This document shows, piece after piece, positions 48,455-57,199 of a DNA stretch of 64,000 nucleotides (within the stretch, counting starts at the first letter, position 1; every line of letters begins with the position of its first letter). This stretch comes from Patescibacteria group bacterium (lineage in GTDB: Bacteria; Patescibacteriota; JAQUNI01): NCBI GenBank assembly GCA_028717685.1, contig JAQUNI010000001.1, positions 399,451-463,450 on the forward strand, read 5' to 3'. The notes under the pieces are model-generated. The model was not told the DNA's origin and did no database searches. It saw only the letters and a list, made by a program, of their open reading frames with translations. Position numbers and translations under genes: made by a program.

Positions 48455-48660
48455 CCTCTTTTCTCTGTTGGCTCCATAGTCCCGAGCGGAAGCGAGGGCT
48501 GTGGAGCCATAATGCTTCATAAAGACCCCCTCCAGAACCTCCCCTCACCCCTCCTTGGAAAGGAGGGGATAATCAGAACCCCCTCTTCGCTCCCCCTTTA
48601 AAAGGGGGAGATAGTATGTCCTCCCCTTTCCAAGGGGAGGGTGGGAGGGGTCTAAAAATA
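48455..48660. repeat. composite GC-rich repeat island (modules GTTGGCTCCATAGT, CCCCTCCTTGGAAAGGAGGGGATAAT, CCCCCTTTAAAAGGGGGAG)
   Basis: It shares modules with the islands at 51165-51360 and 58330-58640. Multiple GC hairpins sit in an otherwise AT-rich context. Confidence 0.7.
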
Positions 48661-48677
48661 CCACATAAAAAAAATAA

Positions 48678-48718
48678 GCCCAGAGTCAACGTATGATGTT
48701 GAACTCTGGGCTTTTTGG
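48678..48718. terminator. bidirectional intrinsic terminator between convergent genes
   Basis: GCCCAGAGTCAAC-GTATGAT-GTTGAACTCTGGGC flanked by A-run and T-run. Confidence 0.7.
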
Positions 48719-48725
48719 TTTCAAA

Positions 48726-49862
48726 TTATTTTGCAGCCGGTGCAGGCGGGTCAGATGGTGGAACTATTCTATTTACATCCACCAATTTTGCGCCATTACC
48801 TTCCGCTGCTTTCTGGATTAGTTCCTCTTTCCAATAGCACGATCTCAAGTAGACTTGGGCTATGCCATGGGCAGATTCGCCTTTGTAGCCGCGCTTTTGG
48901 TACCGCTCTAGCAGAGAGGCATACAGCTCCGCTCGTGCTTCATCCTTATTGTTCGTATTAAAGGCACGGGTCAGAGCCTGGCTTGTGGCTTCAGCATCTG
49001 CTTTGGCGACGTCAATTTTGACCTCCAAACACTTTGTTGCTGCATCCAAGTCAACCTTGGTGACAAATCCTTTTGTGTCTGGAATCAATGCCGTGGCTGT
49101 TGCCTCGGCAGTTGCCTTAGCTTCAGCTCTGACTACTGACATATCAATAGCGGGAATTTGAATTCCAGTGGCAGTTGTCAAAGCCTTGATAGCAGTCTCT
49201 GAAGCTAAACTAGCCGTATCAGACGCGGTTTGGGCTAACCCTTTCGCCTCACCAGCAGTTTTCTGCGCTCCTTCCGCAATCTTGCGAACCTCGGCGAGCT
49301 CGGTTTCCAACTTACTTACTTTTTCTGTGAGCTCTTTTAAGGTCTTAGCAATTGCTTCATCACAGATTTTCTTGATCTGATCTGGGCAAAGTGGAGTAGC
49401 TGGATCAATAATTCTCCAACCGCGCTTTTTTAGAGCAGCAGCGAGGGCGTTCTCAAAAGGTTTAGGCTCCATATTGCCCGCGACAATAGGGGACAACATC
49501 TTTTCAATGTCCTCTATGTCTGGCTTTTTCCCATTCGCATCTACGACCTGGCTATAGAGAGCCCAGGCTAAAGCACGATTTCCGATCCTGCGGGCTTGGT
49601 TGTCCTGATCGTTAATAATAGTCGTGCCGCCGCCAGGACTGCCTTGCCCTTGCTTAGGAAGATTCTGCACCTGGGTTTTTAAGCCAGAGATCGCAGTATC
49701 CATACCTTTAAGGATGTTAGTGATTCGCGTGATATCCTGATCCTGCTCCTTGACAACCTTGACCAATTTCCCAAAGTCCCCTGGATCAACCTTATCCGCA
49801 GCCTGCGCCGCAAGGAGGGGGAGAAACAGCGAAATCAATACGAGAACAATAAACTTTTTCAT
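48726..49862 (-). CDS. secreted coiled-coil protein (signal peptide MKKFIVLVLISLFLPLLAAQA)
   Basis: AAGGAAAGGAG SD lies 9 nt upstream of the internal ATG at 49862. Ala/Thr/Lys-rich coiled coil. Confidence 0.6.
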   Translation of the reverse strand: MKKFIVLVLISLFLPLLAAQAADKVDPGDFGKLVKVVKEQDQDITRITNILKGMDTAISGLKTQVQNLPKQGQGSPGGGTTIINDQDNQARRIGNRALAWALYSQVVDANGKKPDIEDIEKMLSPIVAGNMEPKPFENALAAALKKRGWRIIDPATPLCPDQIKKICDEAIAKTLKELTEKVSKLETELAEVRKIAEGAQKTAGEAKGLAQTASDTASLASETAIKALTTATGIQIPAIDMSVVRAEAKATAEATATALIPDTKGFVTKVDLDAATKCLEVKIDVAKADAEATSQALTRAFNTNNKDEARAELYASLLERYQKRGYKGESAHGIAQVYLRSCYWKEELIQKAAEGNGAKLVDVNRIVPPSDPPAPAAK

Positions 49863-49884
49863 TATAGATTTCTCCTTTCCTTGC

Positions 49885-50442
49885 TTACTGAACTGGATAC
49901 TTTTGTTCCAGATCATCTAGTACCTTACTACGCTCTGACTTTTGACCCTGTTGCGGAGCTGGTGGCGGTGGCGGTGGAGGATTAATTTTCTCCTCTTTTT
50001 TCGGTATTGAGAAATAGAAAGCCCCATCCTGGACTCCCTTACCGCTAACGGACACAGCGTAAAAACCGGGTTCCGTTATGGTCTCTTTCGGGGTCCATAC
50101 TGCTTCACCCTCACTGCCAAATGACTCCGTGGAGCCTTTTACCTCTTCTGCCGGACTATTCACTTTGACTTTCAAATGTTTAGCCTTGTCGGGATCGGAA
50201 ACTTTAAATTTGATGCTCTCAAGTATTCCAGTGTTTACTGTAGAATCCGATGGCCAGGTCATTGTGACCGTCGCCAATGTTTCTGGCACCTTTTCGCCGC
50301 CGCAACCGCGGACAGAGAAAAAGATTATAAGACCAATAACCGCTAAAACACCGATTACGACATAACCCCAACGAGGGAATTTGAATCCGCCGCCTTGTGC
50401 GCCTTGTGCCGCGTTTCTCTGTGCCATTCTGTCTCTTAACAT
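49885..50442 (-). CDS. membrane-anchored protein with beta-rich ectodomain and PPPPPPPAP tract
   Basis: 185 aa with an N-terminal TM helix. Its start overlaps the stop of the upstream gene in an ATGA junction. Confidence 0.55.
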   Translation of the reverse strand: MLRDRMAQRNAAQGAQGGGFKFPRWGYVVIGVLAVIGLIIFFSVRGCGGEKVPETLATVTMTWPSDSTVNTGILESIKFKVSDPDKAKHLKVKVNSPAEEVKGSTESFGSEGEAVWTPKETITEPGFYAVSVSGKGVQDGAFYFSIPKKEEKINPPPPPPPAPQQGQKSERSKVLDDLEQKYPVQ

Positions 50443-50804
50443 TATTTGACCTCCTTTTCTGGATTTGTAATCCTAACTGCTGTCTCATATATCGTTTTAG
50501 CTCTCGGAACACTGTCGAGACCACAATTCGCGATAAACGTAGCTTGGTCCGTATTCACTATATTTTGGGCGCTATTAAAGCCTTTTCCGCTCATTGATTT
50601 CGCTGTTTCCTCATCAATATTGAGCTCAATAATCAAAGTTTCCCAAGGCTCAATTAGATTGAGTTTTTTTCTGATGGGCAAAAGTTCCTCATCTAACGAG
50701 GGTATTAAACGATCCTGCCAATCCTCCAACCCAGAGACCCTTTTTTGTAGGACGCCGACCCAAATAATTAAAGCCACTATTAGTATCCCAACTATCCATT
50801 CCAT
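50442..50804 (-). CDS. small membrane protein (first gene of minus-strand secreted operon)
   Basis: GGAG SD 7 nt upstream of the second ATG. TM helix WIVGILIVALIIWVGVL. Confidence 0.5.
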   Translation of the reverse strand: MEWIVGILIVALIIWVGVLQKRVSGLEDWQDRLIPSLDEELLPIRKKLNLIEPWETLIIELNIDEETAKSMSGKGFNSAQNIVNTDQATFIANCGLDSVPRAKTIYETAVRITNPEKEVK

Positions 50805-51049
50805 TTTCATTCTCCTTTTATAATTTCACGCAACTAAAATTAACCTAGAAACACAAACACTCAAACTTTCTTTTAAAAACACGCCTCCTTCCTTTAAATT
50901 GCCATAAAATTTTGAAACCAATTTACAAAGAACAAATTCCCGTTTTTCAGGAATTCACGCTTCAAGCGCTCTAAAACCAAAGATTACCGATAAAGCCGAG
51001 GTTTTTAAAAGGCTGAAGCCTAAATTCCCAAGCTGAATTTTAACACTTA

Positions 51050-51078
51050 TTTATAGCATATCTGAAAAACTTTGTCAA
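51050..51078 (-). promoter_or_regulatory. sigma70-type promoter (minus strand) TTGACA-17-TATAAA driving 50804-48726 operon via about 240-nt leader
   Basis: The minus strand reads CCTTGACAAAGTTTTTCAGATATGCTATAAATAAG. The TTGACA-n-TTTTCAGATAT segment recurs at 51426-51450 on the plus strand. Confidence 0.55.
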
Positions 51079-51164
51079 GGATTTTTACCTGAAAATCCAA
51101 AGTAATCCAGATTTTGGCTAAAATAAGGCACAAATGGAATAGGGAATTAGGAATCATGAATCAG

Positions 51165-51360
51165 GGATAGACCCCCTCCCCGCCCGCCATCGCTTCGCTC
51201 AGGCGAGGCGGGCGGGCACCTCCCCCTTCCGCCCAAGGCGGACAGGCAGGGCAGGGGGGAGTGAGAATCTTCCCCTCCTTGGAAGAAAGGAGGGGATAAT
51301 AAATCCTCCCCTCAACCCGTGGGAGGTTTTTTAAAAAGGGGTCTCTAATAATTCTGCGGA
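51165..51360. repeat. composite GC-rich repeat island (modules GCCCGCCATCGCTTCGCTCAGGCGAGGCGGGCGGGC; CCCCTCCTTGGAAGAAAGGAGGGGATAAT)
   Basis: Shares modules with 48455-48660 and 58330-58640. Confidence 0.7.
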
Positions 51361-51368
51361 ACGATCCT

Positions 51369-51396
51369 ATACAGGGGCTTGACAGATTTTTTAAAC
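51369..51396 (+). promoter_or_regulatory. sigma70-type promoter TTGACA-16-TAAAAT upstream of long leader/non-coding region preceding secreted operon
   Basis: CTTGACAGATTTTTTAAACCTGCTAAAATC. A second TTGACAGATTTTCAGATAT copy lies at 51426. Confidence 0.5.
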
Positions 51397-52033
51397 CTGC
51401 TAAAATCATTTTTTAGATAAAAAGCCTAAAAAATCTTGACAGATTTTCAGATATAGTGCTAAGCTTAAAATCGGGATAAATAAAACAGCAAGAAATATCA
51501 AGAAGTAAGGAGGGCTCTTGTAGCTCTTTTTAAAATTCAGAAGTAACGCCCGCCCAAGTTTTGCAAAGCAAAATTTAAGCGGGAATGCATAGACAATGGA
51601 TTATTTGAAATAAGAGTAGTCCACTGTCTGTTCATTAACAAAAATATTTTTTCGCGCTATGGCAGATGCCTTTGTCGTATCCCTCCGCGTGGCTACTATG
51701 GAGGCAAGAAGCAAAGAGCATCTGCCATAGCCTTTATCGTCTCACAAGTGTAGTTTCTTAAAGTCTAGGTCGTGCCTGACATTGAGGAGTGAGCCCTAGC
51801 AACAACCAAAGATGGTTTTGTAGGTGCAGATCACAAATCAACGAAGGCGCGAGTATAGCCGCTTTCAATTCCTAGCCATTATAGAAAGCGGCTATACCCC
51901 TTAATCTTCAGAAAGGAGGGAGAAAAAAGGGGCTTAGTGTTCCGTTCGGTTAGTAAATAATGTATCTAAATGATCTAAAGGTTCGAAAAAAGTTGGCATC
52001 TAATTAAGAGAGCCAAAAAGAGGAGAAATTGAA

Positions 52034-52750
52034 ATGAGAAAGATACTGATTTCTATGTTCGTTCTGGTTTGTATGATGGCATTCACTGGTATAGCTCTGG
52101 CTAGTAATACTGCTTCGTGGACGTTCGATATTAAAGTACAGGTGCAACCTTGGATCCAGAAAAACTCCGGTAATCCTAGCTTAATGAAGATGGCGGATCT
52201 GGAGCAGGATAAGGATAAAACGGAAACCACTTTCGGGTGGTATGAAAGTTTTTATAGCAACGTTCCGTTCACGAAGACATTCACAGGAACTAATCCAGCC
52301 GGTGATGCTTATCCAATTTTTGCACGTGAAGAAAGAGCGGTAGGTGGAGCTGGACTAGGAACTTATGATAGACTTTCCACACGTATAACATTTGAAACAG
52401 TGGTCAACGGAATACTGGGAGGAGAAGTAGGACGAGACGATCAAAGTGCGGTGTTTAATGCAGGAACCCAGAATAGTGCAGGCGTACCCGCGGGTACAGG
52501 TTGGACGCAAGGCGGCTTTGATCCTAATGTTTATTCAAACCCCAATGCTTCTATAACTTTCGGCACTCCGCACGATGGCGAAGTTTGGGAGAAGTTCTTT
52601 GTTAAGGCGGATAGAAAAATGCCAGATTATGCCACTGATAATGCATGGTATCAATCAGCGGATGCTGGTATTTATGCATTAACAATCACCGAAACCTTAG
52701 TTGGTCAAAATACAGTGCAGTCATCGGATGCTTACGAGGTCTTCCCATAA
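52034..52750 (+). CDS. secreted protein A (signal peptide; Gly/Thr/Asn-rich; C-terminal DAGIY..T.T motif)
   Basis: AAGAGGAG SD. Signal peptide MRKILISMFVLVCMMAFTGIALA. Shares the motif W..SADAGIYALTITETLVGQ with the next gene. Confidence 0.65.
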   Translation: MRKILISMFVLVCMMAFTGIALASNTASWTFDIKVQVQPWIQKNSGNPSLMKMADLEQDKDKTETTFGWYESFYSNVPFTKTFTGTNPAGDAYPIFAREERAVGGAGLGTYDRLSTRITFETVVNGILGGEVGRDDQSAVFNAGTQNSAGVPAGTGWTQGGFDPNVYSNPNASITFGTPHDGEVWEKFFVKADRKMPDYATDNAWYQSADAGIYALTITETLVGQNTVQSSDAYEVFP

Positions 52751-52991
52751 TCTAATGACATCCGGAAGATCATTTAATGCTAAATGAGCACAGAGCAGTT
52801 TAGGAAAAAAAAGTTTTTCCTACTCTGCTCTATTTTTTTATTCAAAAACTTGACGTAATTTATTGTATGTGCTAATATTTCAGGTCCTATATCAGGTTAG
52901 AACTTTGACAATTAGCTACAGAATTAGAAAACGCAAGGGGAAAATTGTATCGTATTGTACTAAATTCTAGGGAGAAGGGAGGTTTTGAAAA

Positions 52992-53867
52992 ATGCAAAGG
53001 CAAAAAATCTGGACAAGCGCTATGGTTTTTACTGTTCTACTAGCAGTAGCAGCTTCTTTGGTCTTCGCTTTTGTGGAGATTAAAGAGCAAACTAATCTAA
53101 ACGGCGTTATCAGCGAGCCGGGAAACACCGCCTCAATGCGGAAAGGCAAGACACTCTTGGTAGAAAGCAATCAGGATGTCAAAATCGCTTTTTCCACTAC
53201 AGGAGACATTAAAAGGGAGGAACGAGGTTCAGATGGCAAGGGTTTGAACCGTTTTGATGAAATCAAAAAAACAACGGTCAAGCTGGGGATTTCCGGAGAA
53301 AACGACTATGAGTGGCAAGGCAATCTGGAAGATCTGAATGGCTTAACAACCGACACTATTACCCCAGACCAAGATGATAGAATCTGGTGGAATTTGAAAG
53401 TTAAGGCGAAAACAAGTTTGTTGAGCTTTGATAAGGATAAGGAGTGGGACGCATCCTTGGATGCGGGAATTTATCAAACAAGTATCACTATCACCGTAAT
53501 CACAGTGGGGCAACCGCCGCGTCCATCTTTGGAATTTATTCCTGATGTCGCGGAAGGCGGATCGTCATTATTCTGCGTGGAAATCCACAATAGTGGAACC
53601 GAAAAGAAAGACAGCGCGGAAAATGTCCGAGTCAGAATGAGAGTTTTAAACGGCGCGAAGTATGTTAAGGCACTGGATTATAACCCCAAGATTGGTAATA
53701 TTGAAAGCGAAGAGAGTAAAGGTTTCTTGTTTACTATCATCACTAATACCAAGTGGGACAGTGCGCCTCTGGACACAGAAATTAAGGTGGAAATAGAAAT
53801 TGTCCGAGAGGACAACTGGCCCGAACACAATGAAGGCAAGATCGCCTATTATAGCTTGGTGAAATAA
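52992..53867 (+). CDS. secreted protein B, partial paralog of A
   Basis: GGGAGAAGGGAGG SD. Signal anchor. Motif WDASLDAGIYQTSITITVITVGQ. Confidence 0.65.
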   Translation: MQRQKIWTSAMVFTVLLAVAASLVFAFVEIKEQTNLNGVISEPGNTASMRKGKTLLVESNQDVKIAFSTTGDIKREERGSDGKGLNRFDEIKKTTVKLGISGENDYEWQGNLEDLNGLTTDTITPDQDDRIWWNLKVKAKTSLLSFDKDKEWDASLDAGIYQTSITITVITVGQPPRPSLEFIPDVAEGGSSLFCVEIHNSGTEKKDSAENVRVRMRVLNGAKYVKALDYNPKIGNIESEESKGFLFTIITNTKWDSAPLDTEIKVEIEIVREDNWPEHNEGKIAYYSLVK

Positions 53868-53879
53868 GGAGGTGGAATA

Positions 53880-55235
53880 ATGAAAAGGTTTGTGACGTTT
53901 AGTATTGGATTCTTTTTAGTGTTGGTCTTCAGTGGTAATATTCTCGCGGAAAAGGTGGGACCGCCGCGAATTTACATCACCGTCCATAAAGGCAAAGCCG
54001 AGACTGCTATTCTCTCTTTGCAGGGAGTGGTACTGAATGAAAAGGTCTTCCTTTACCTCTGCGACATCACTGTTGACCGCAAAGGCAACTACAGCTTTGA
54101 AAATCTAAAGGGGTGGAAATATTCCGCCTTGGACTGGGTAAAACTTTATAAGCTCTCTGTCGCGGAGGAAAAAGTTATAGAAGACCCAAATCATCCCATA
54201 ATTATTACTTCTCCAGCCCAAGAAGAAGCAAGATTACCTAAGAAACGAGTGGTAGCTTACTTTCCTTATGAAGAAAAAGACGTTCTCTCTTTAAGAAAGG
54301 AAGCGATCACCTATATGGGGATCAAAGTGCAGGTTCCATTTGATGTGAAACCCGGGCAATATTACGCGGGAATAATGTCGGAACCGGTTGATTTCCAAAC
54401 GCTTAGGGGGATCGTGGACGGCAAAGCTATTCAAGTTCAAAAGAAGACTCGGATCGCTATCCCTGTAATTATTACTGTCCCGGGCGGGGTAGTGAAAAAA
54501 ACAGGCAAGATTGCGACAGATCCAGAAACTTCTTTACCTGTGCTTCACGCAGATGTACAGCAGAAAGAGATTAGAATTTCCGCCACTTTTGAAAACACAG
54601 GGAACATAATAGAATACGCCAAAGGGGAAGCGCGGATTGTCGGTAAAATAGACGGCAGAACCTATGCGGTTGTGCCGATGAAAGCATTAAACCCTTCATC
54701 GGTTGATGGCGCGGGAGAAATTTTTCCGGAAACATTAAGAGACTTTGAAGGCATTGTTTCACGACCTCTGCCTGCGGGAGATTATAAGGTAAAATTGGCA
54801 ATCAACTATGGCGTCAAATTTCGGGAAGCGAGGGCTGAAGCCGAAATCACTGTTTCCGAAGCTGTCGCCCAAAGCCAAAAAGATCTCTTGATGCTGGCGG
54901 TGGAGCCTGCTTTTTTAAATTTACGGATAAAACCAGGACAAACCACGATGGAAAGCATAGAGTTAACGAATTTGGATTATCAGCCCCTTTCAATAAAAGC
55001 GGCGATTGTGCCTGAAGGATTGTCTTGGCTACAGATTAACCGGAGCGACAAAATAGAAGTTGATCTGCTTGCCAACCAGATGAAAAAGATTGTTTGCAGA
55101 ATAAGCGTGCCCCGGGACGAAAAAACGGGAGAAGCGCAAGTAAAAAGAGCAAAAATTATACTTGTGCCTGAAAGAGGTAAAACAGTGTCCATAGATGTAG
55201 AAATCGTTCCTGGTTCAGGAACAAAAGGTGATTGA
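53880..55235 (+). CDS. secreted beta-rich protein C
   Basis: TAAGGAGGTGG SD. Signal peptide MKRFVTFSIGFFLVLVFSGNILA. Beta-strand-rich repeats. Confidence 0.65.
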   Translation: MKRFVTFSIGFFLVLVFSGNILAEKVGPPRIYITVHKGKAETAILSLQGVVLNEKVFLYLCDITVDRKGNYSFENLKGWKYSALDWVKLYKLSVAEEKVIEDPNHPIIITSPAQEEARLPKKRVVAYFPYEEKDVLSLRKEAITYMGIKVQVPFDVKPGQYYAGIMSEPVDFQTLRGIVDGKAIQVQKKTRIAIPVIITVPGGVVKKTGKIATDPETSLPVLHADVQQKEIRISATFENTGNIIEYAKGEARIVGKIDGRTYAVVPMKALNPSSVDGAGEIFPETLRDFEGIVSRPLPAGDYKVKLAINYGVKFREARAEAEITVSEAVAQSQKDLLMLAVEPAFLNLRIKPGQTTMESIELTNLDYQPLSIKAAIVPEGLSWLQINRSDKIEVDLLANQMKKIVCRISVPRDEKTGEAQVKRAKIILVPERGKTVSIDVEIVPGSGTKGD

Positions 55236-55254
55236 AACCAAGGAGATGGGTAAG

Positions 55255-57126
55255 ATGATGGTCAAGAAGAGTTTATTGATAGCAATGTTTATTAGTTTAT
55301 GTATTCTAATAATGGCTGCTGCGGAAGAACAAGTCGTAATTGACCCTGGTCCGACAGTTGCAACCGGGATTACATTGGGAAATACACCAATCGTCCCGAA
55401 ACTAGATTATGTGGAAACAGAAATCCGAACCATAAGTCAAGAATTGAGTGCGGCTACTGGTATCCAAATCCTTGTGGATCAAAATGTAGAAGGGACAGTC
55501 ACGATTGGCCCTCTGGAACAAGTTCCCTTGGAAACAGCGTTAGATCTAATCTGCGCTTCGGGGGGTTTGGAATGGGTAAAAGCAAAAAATTATTATTTAA
55601 TTCTTATGCCGGACCCAGATAATATGGCTTTCAAATCGCATGTAGTAACTGAAGGGGTAAAAATCAACAACCTGGATGCCAGAAGCATACCCGACCTACT
55701 CAAACAGTACGACTTTTACTTAAAAGTAGACCCGCTTAATAACCAGATCTTTATTACGGCTCTGCCTGGTTCAATGATGAACAGGATAAAAGGGGCGATT
55801 GAGAGAGTGGACACAGCCGTGCTTAAAGAAGTGGAAATCCGTCTGGTTACTTTGGAGTATTCTCGGCGCGATAAGGAAGAGATTGGCTTGGATAGTCTTA
55901 ACGCACTCCTCACCGAAGATGCGGCAAAAAGAGATATCTACGGCATTCAAATCGGCGAGAATACATTCGGCGCCACAAATGCCGAGATAGCACCATTACT
56001 CCGACTAAAAATCTTAGCAAGCCGAGAGGAAATCAAAATCACGGGCGATCAGAAAGCGACCGTTCGTGAAGGTAAAATTGCCAAAATCAACTTTAGTAAA
56101 AAAGGCGATATCTTCCTGACAACTGGGATCGGGGGGGTTGCTAATAATAACTTTTACAATTTGGAAAAGGCAACCGTGCAGGCAGAGCAAGGCGTAGAGA
56201 CAGAAATCCTGCGGGTTACTTCTGATAATCACATCCTTATAAATGTAAAAGGCATTTTGGAATACATTCAAGAGACACCTGATGCGATAAAGACCGGTCA
56301 AGCCATCTGGACTGAAAGCGGCAAGGTGGATACTCAAGTAAATATGCAAAACTACAGGACAATCTGGATTGGCACTTTACGTCGCGAAGTAAACAAGCAA
56401 ACACGGGAAATAACTGGGAGAGGTAAGGATAACCGAGAGATTGAAATCGCTTTCCTTTTGACTGCAAATGTCGTTGGCACAAAACCACCTGCCCCTCTAG
56501 AGATAGAGGCGAAGATTGAAAAATTCTTTGCTGCAAAAGAAAAAGGCACAATACACCCTCAATTCTCGTTTGGTGTTGGCGGTTGGGTGCAAAGAGCTGA
56601 AGATGCTTGGATTCCTTCCAGAGATTCTGTTGATCCTATTCCAATAGGAGAGATAAAAGTGAAACTCTGGGAAAACCTCAATATATTTGGCGGTGGTGGC
56701 GCAAAAGGGAAAAAGAACCTCGGATATTTCGGTGTTCAGTATGGCGACTTTCTAACCATCGGTGCTGGGGGAATTAAAACCAATCAGTTATCAAGCGTTA
56801 AGCCGTTTCTAACTACTGGTGTGTCTTTAGGCACTGATCGTGTAAGGTTAAATATAGAAGCTGTCTATCTTCCTGACGCCCCCAAACAAAGCGGCATTAA
56901 AGCTGGAATCAACTTCCGTTTCGGGGGATTTGCTACTAAACAAGTTTCTCAAGCCACAGAAAACGCAGAGGTGGAGCCAGTTGCAGAAGCTCCGATTGCC
57001 AAAGGGGCGACCCAGATCATTGAAAAGGAAAAAATAATAGAGAAAGAAATTCTTGTGCCCTTGGCTGATCCCGAAGAATGGAATAAAGCCATTGAACGGG
57101 GCAAACAAGAACAAGAAGTAAAGTGA
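55255..57126 (+). CDS. STN/secretin-like N-domain protein with degenerate secretin-like core and C-terminal Gly-rich beta domain
   Basis: IRTISQELSAATGIQILVDQNVEGTVTIGPLEQVPLETALDLICASGGLEWVKAKNYYLI matches the STN (secretin/TonB N-terminal) pattern. A later stretch ...NYRTIWIGTLRREV...REIEIAFLLTANVV resembles the secretin C-domain. N-terminal TM/signal. The start is ambiguous (55228, 55246 or 55255). Confidence 0.55.
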   Translation: MMVKKSLLIAMFISLCILIMAAAEEQVVIDPGPTVATGITLGNTPIVPKLDYVETEIRTISQELSAATGIQILVDQNVEGTVTIGPLEQVPLETALDLICASGGLEWVKAKNYYLILMPDPDNMAFKSHVVTEGVKINNLDARSIPDLLKQYDFYLKVDPLNNQIFITALPGSMMNRIKGAIERVDTAVLKEVEIRLVTLEYSRRDKEEIGLDSLNALLTEDAAKRDIYGIQIGENTFGATNAEIAPLLRLKILASREEIKITGDQKATVREGKIAKINFSKKGDIFLTTGIGGVANNNFYNLEKATVQAEQGVETEILRVTSDNHILINVKGILEYIQETPDAIKTGQAIWTESGKVDTQVNMQNYRTIWIGTLRREVNKQTREITGRGKDNREIEIAFLLTANVVGTKPPAPLEIEAKIEKFFAAKEKGTIHPQFSFGVGGWVQRAEDAWIPSRDSVDPIPIGEIKVKLWENLNIFGGGGAKGKKNLGYFGVQYGDFLTIGAGGIKTNQLSSVKPFLTTGVSLGTDRVRLNIEAVYLPDAPKQSGIKAGINFRFGGFATKQVSQATENAEVEPVAEAPIAKGATQIIEKEKIIEKEILVPLADPEEWNKAIERGKQEQEVK

Positions 57127-57199
57127 TAAAAGAGGCGGAAGGGAGACTCTAAAAAAATTCTTTTCGCCTCATCTAAATAAAAGAAAGGATGGAAAGAAA

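Noticed and set aside
51645-51730. Possible SRP (4.5S) RNA because of GGAGGCAAGAAGCAAAG resemblance to GGAAGCAGCC
   Set aside because: The apical loop is 11 nt rather than a GGAA tetraloop, and the conserved GUCAGGUCC 5' strand is absent.
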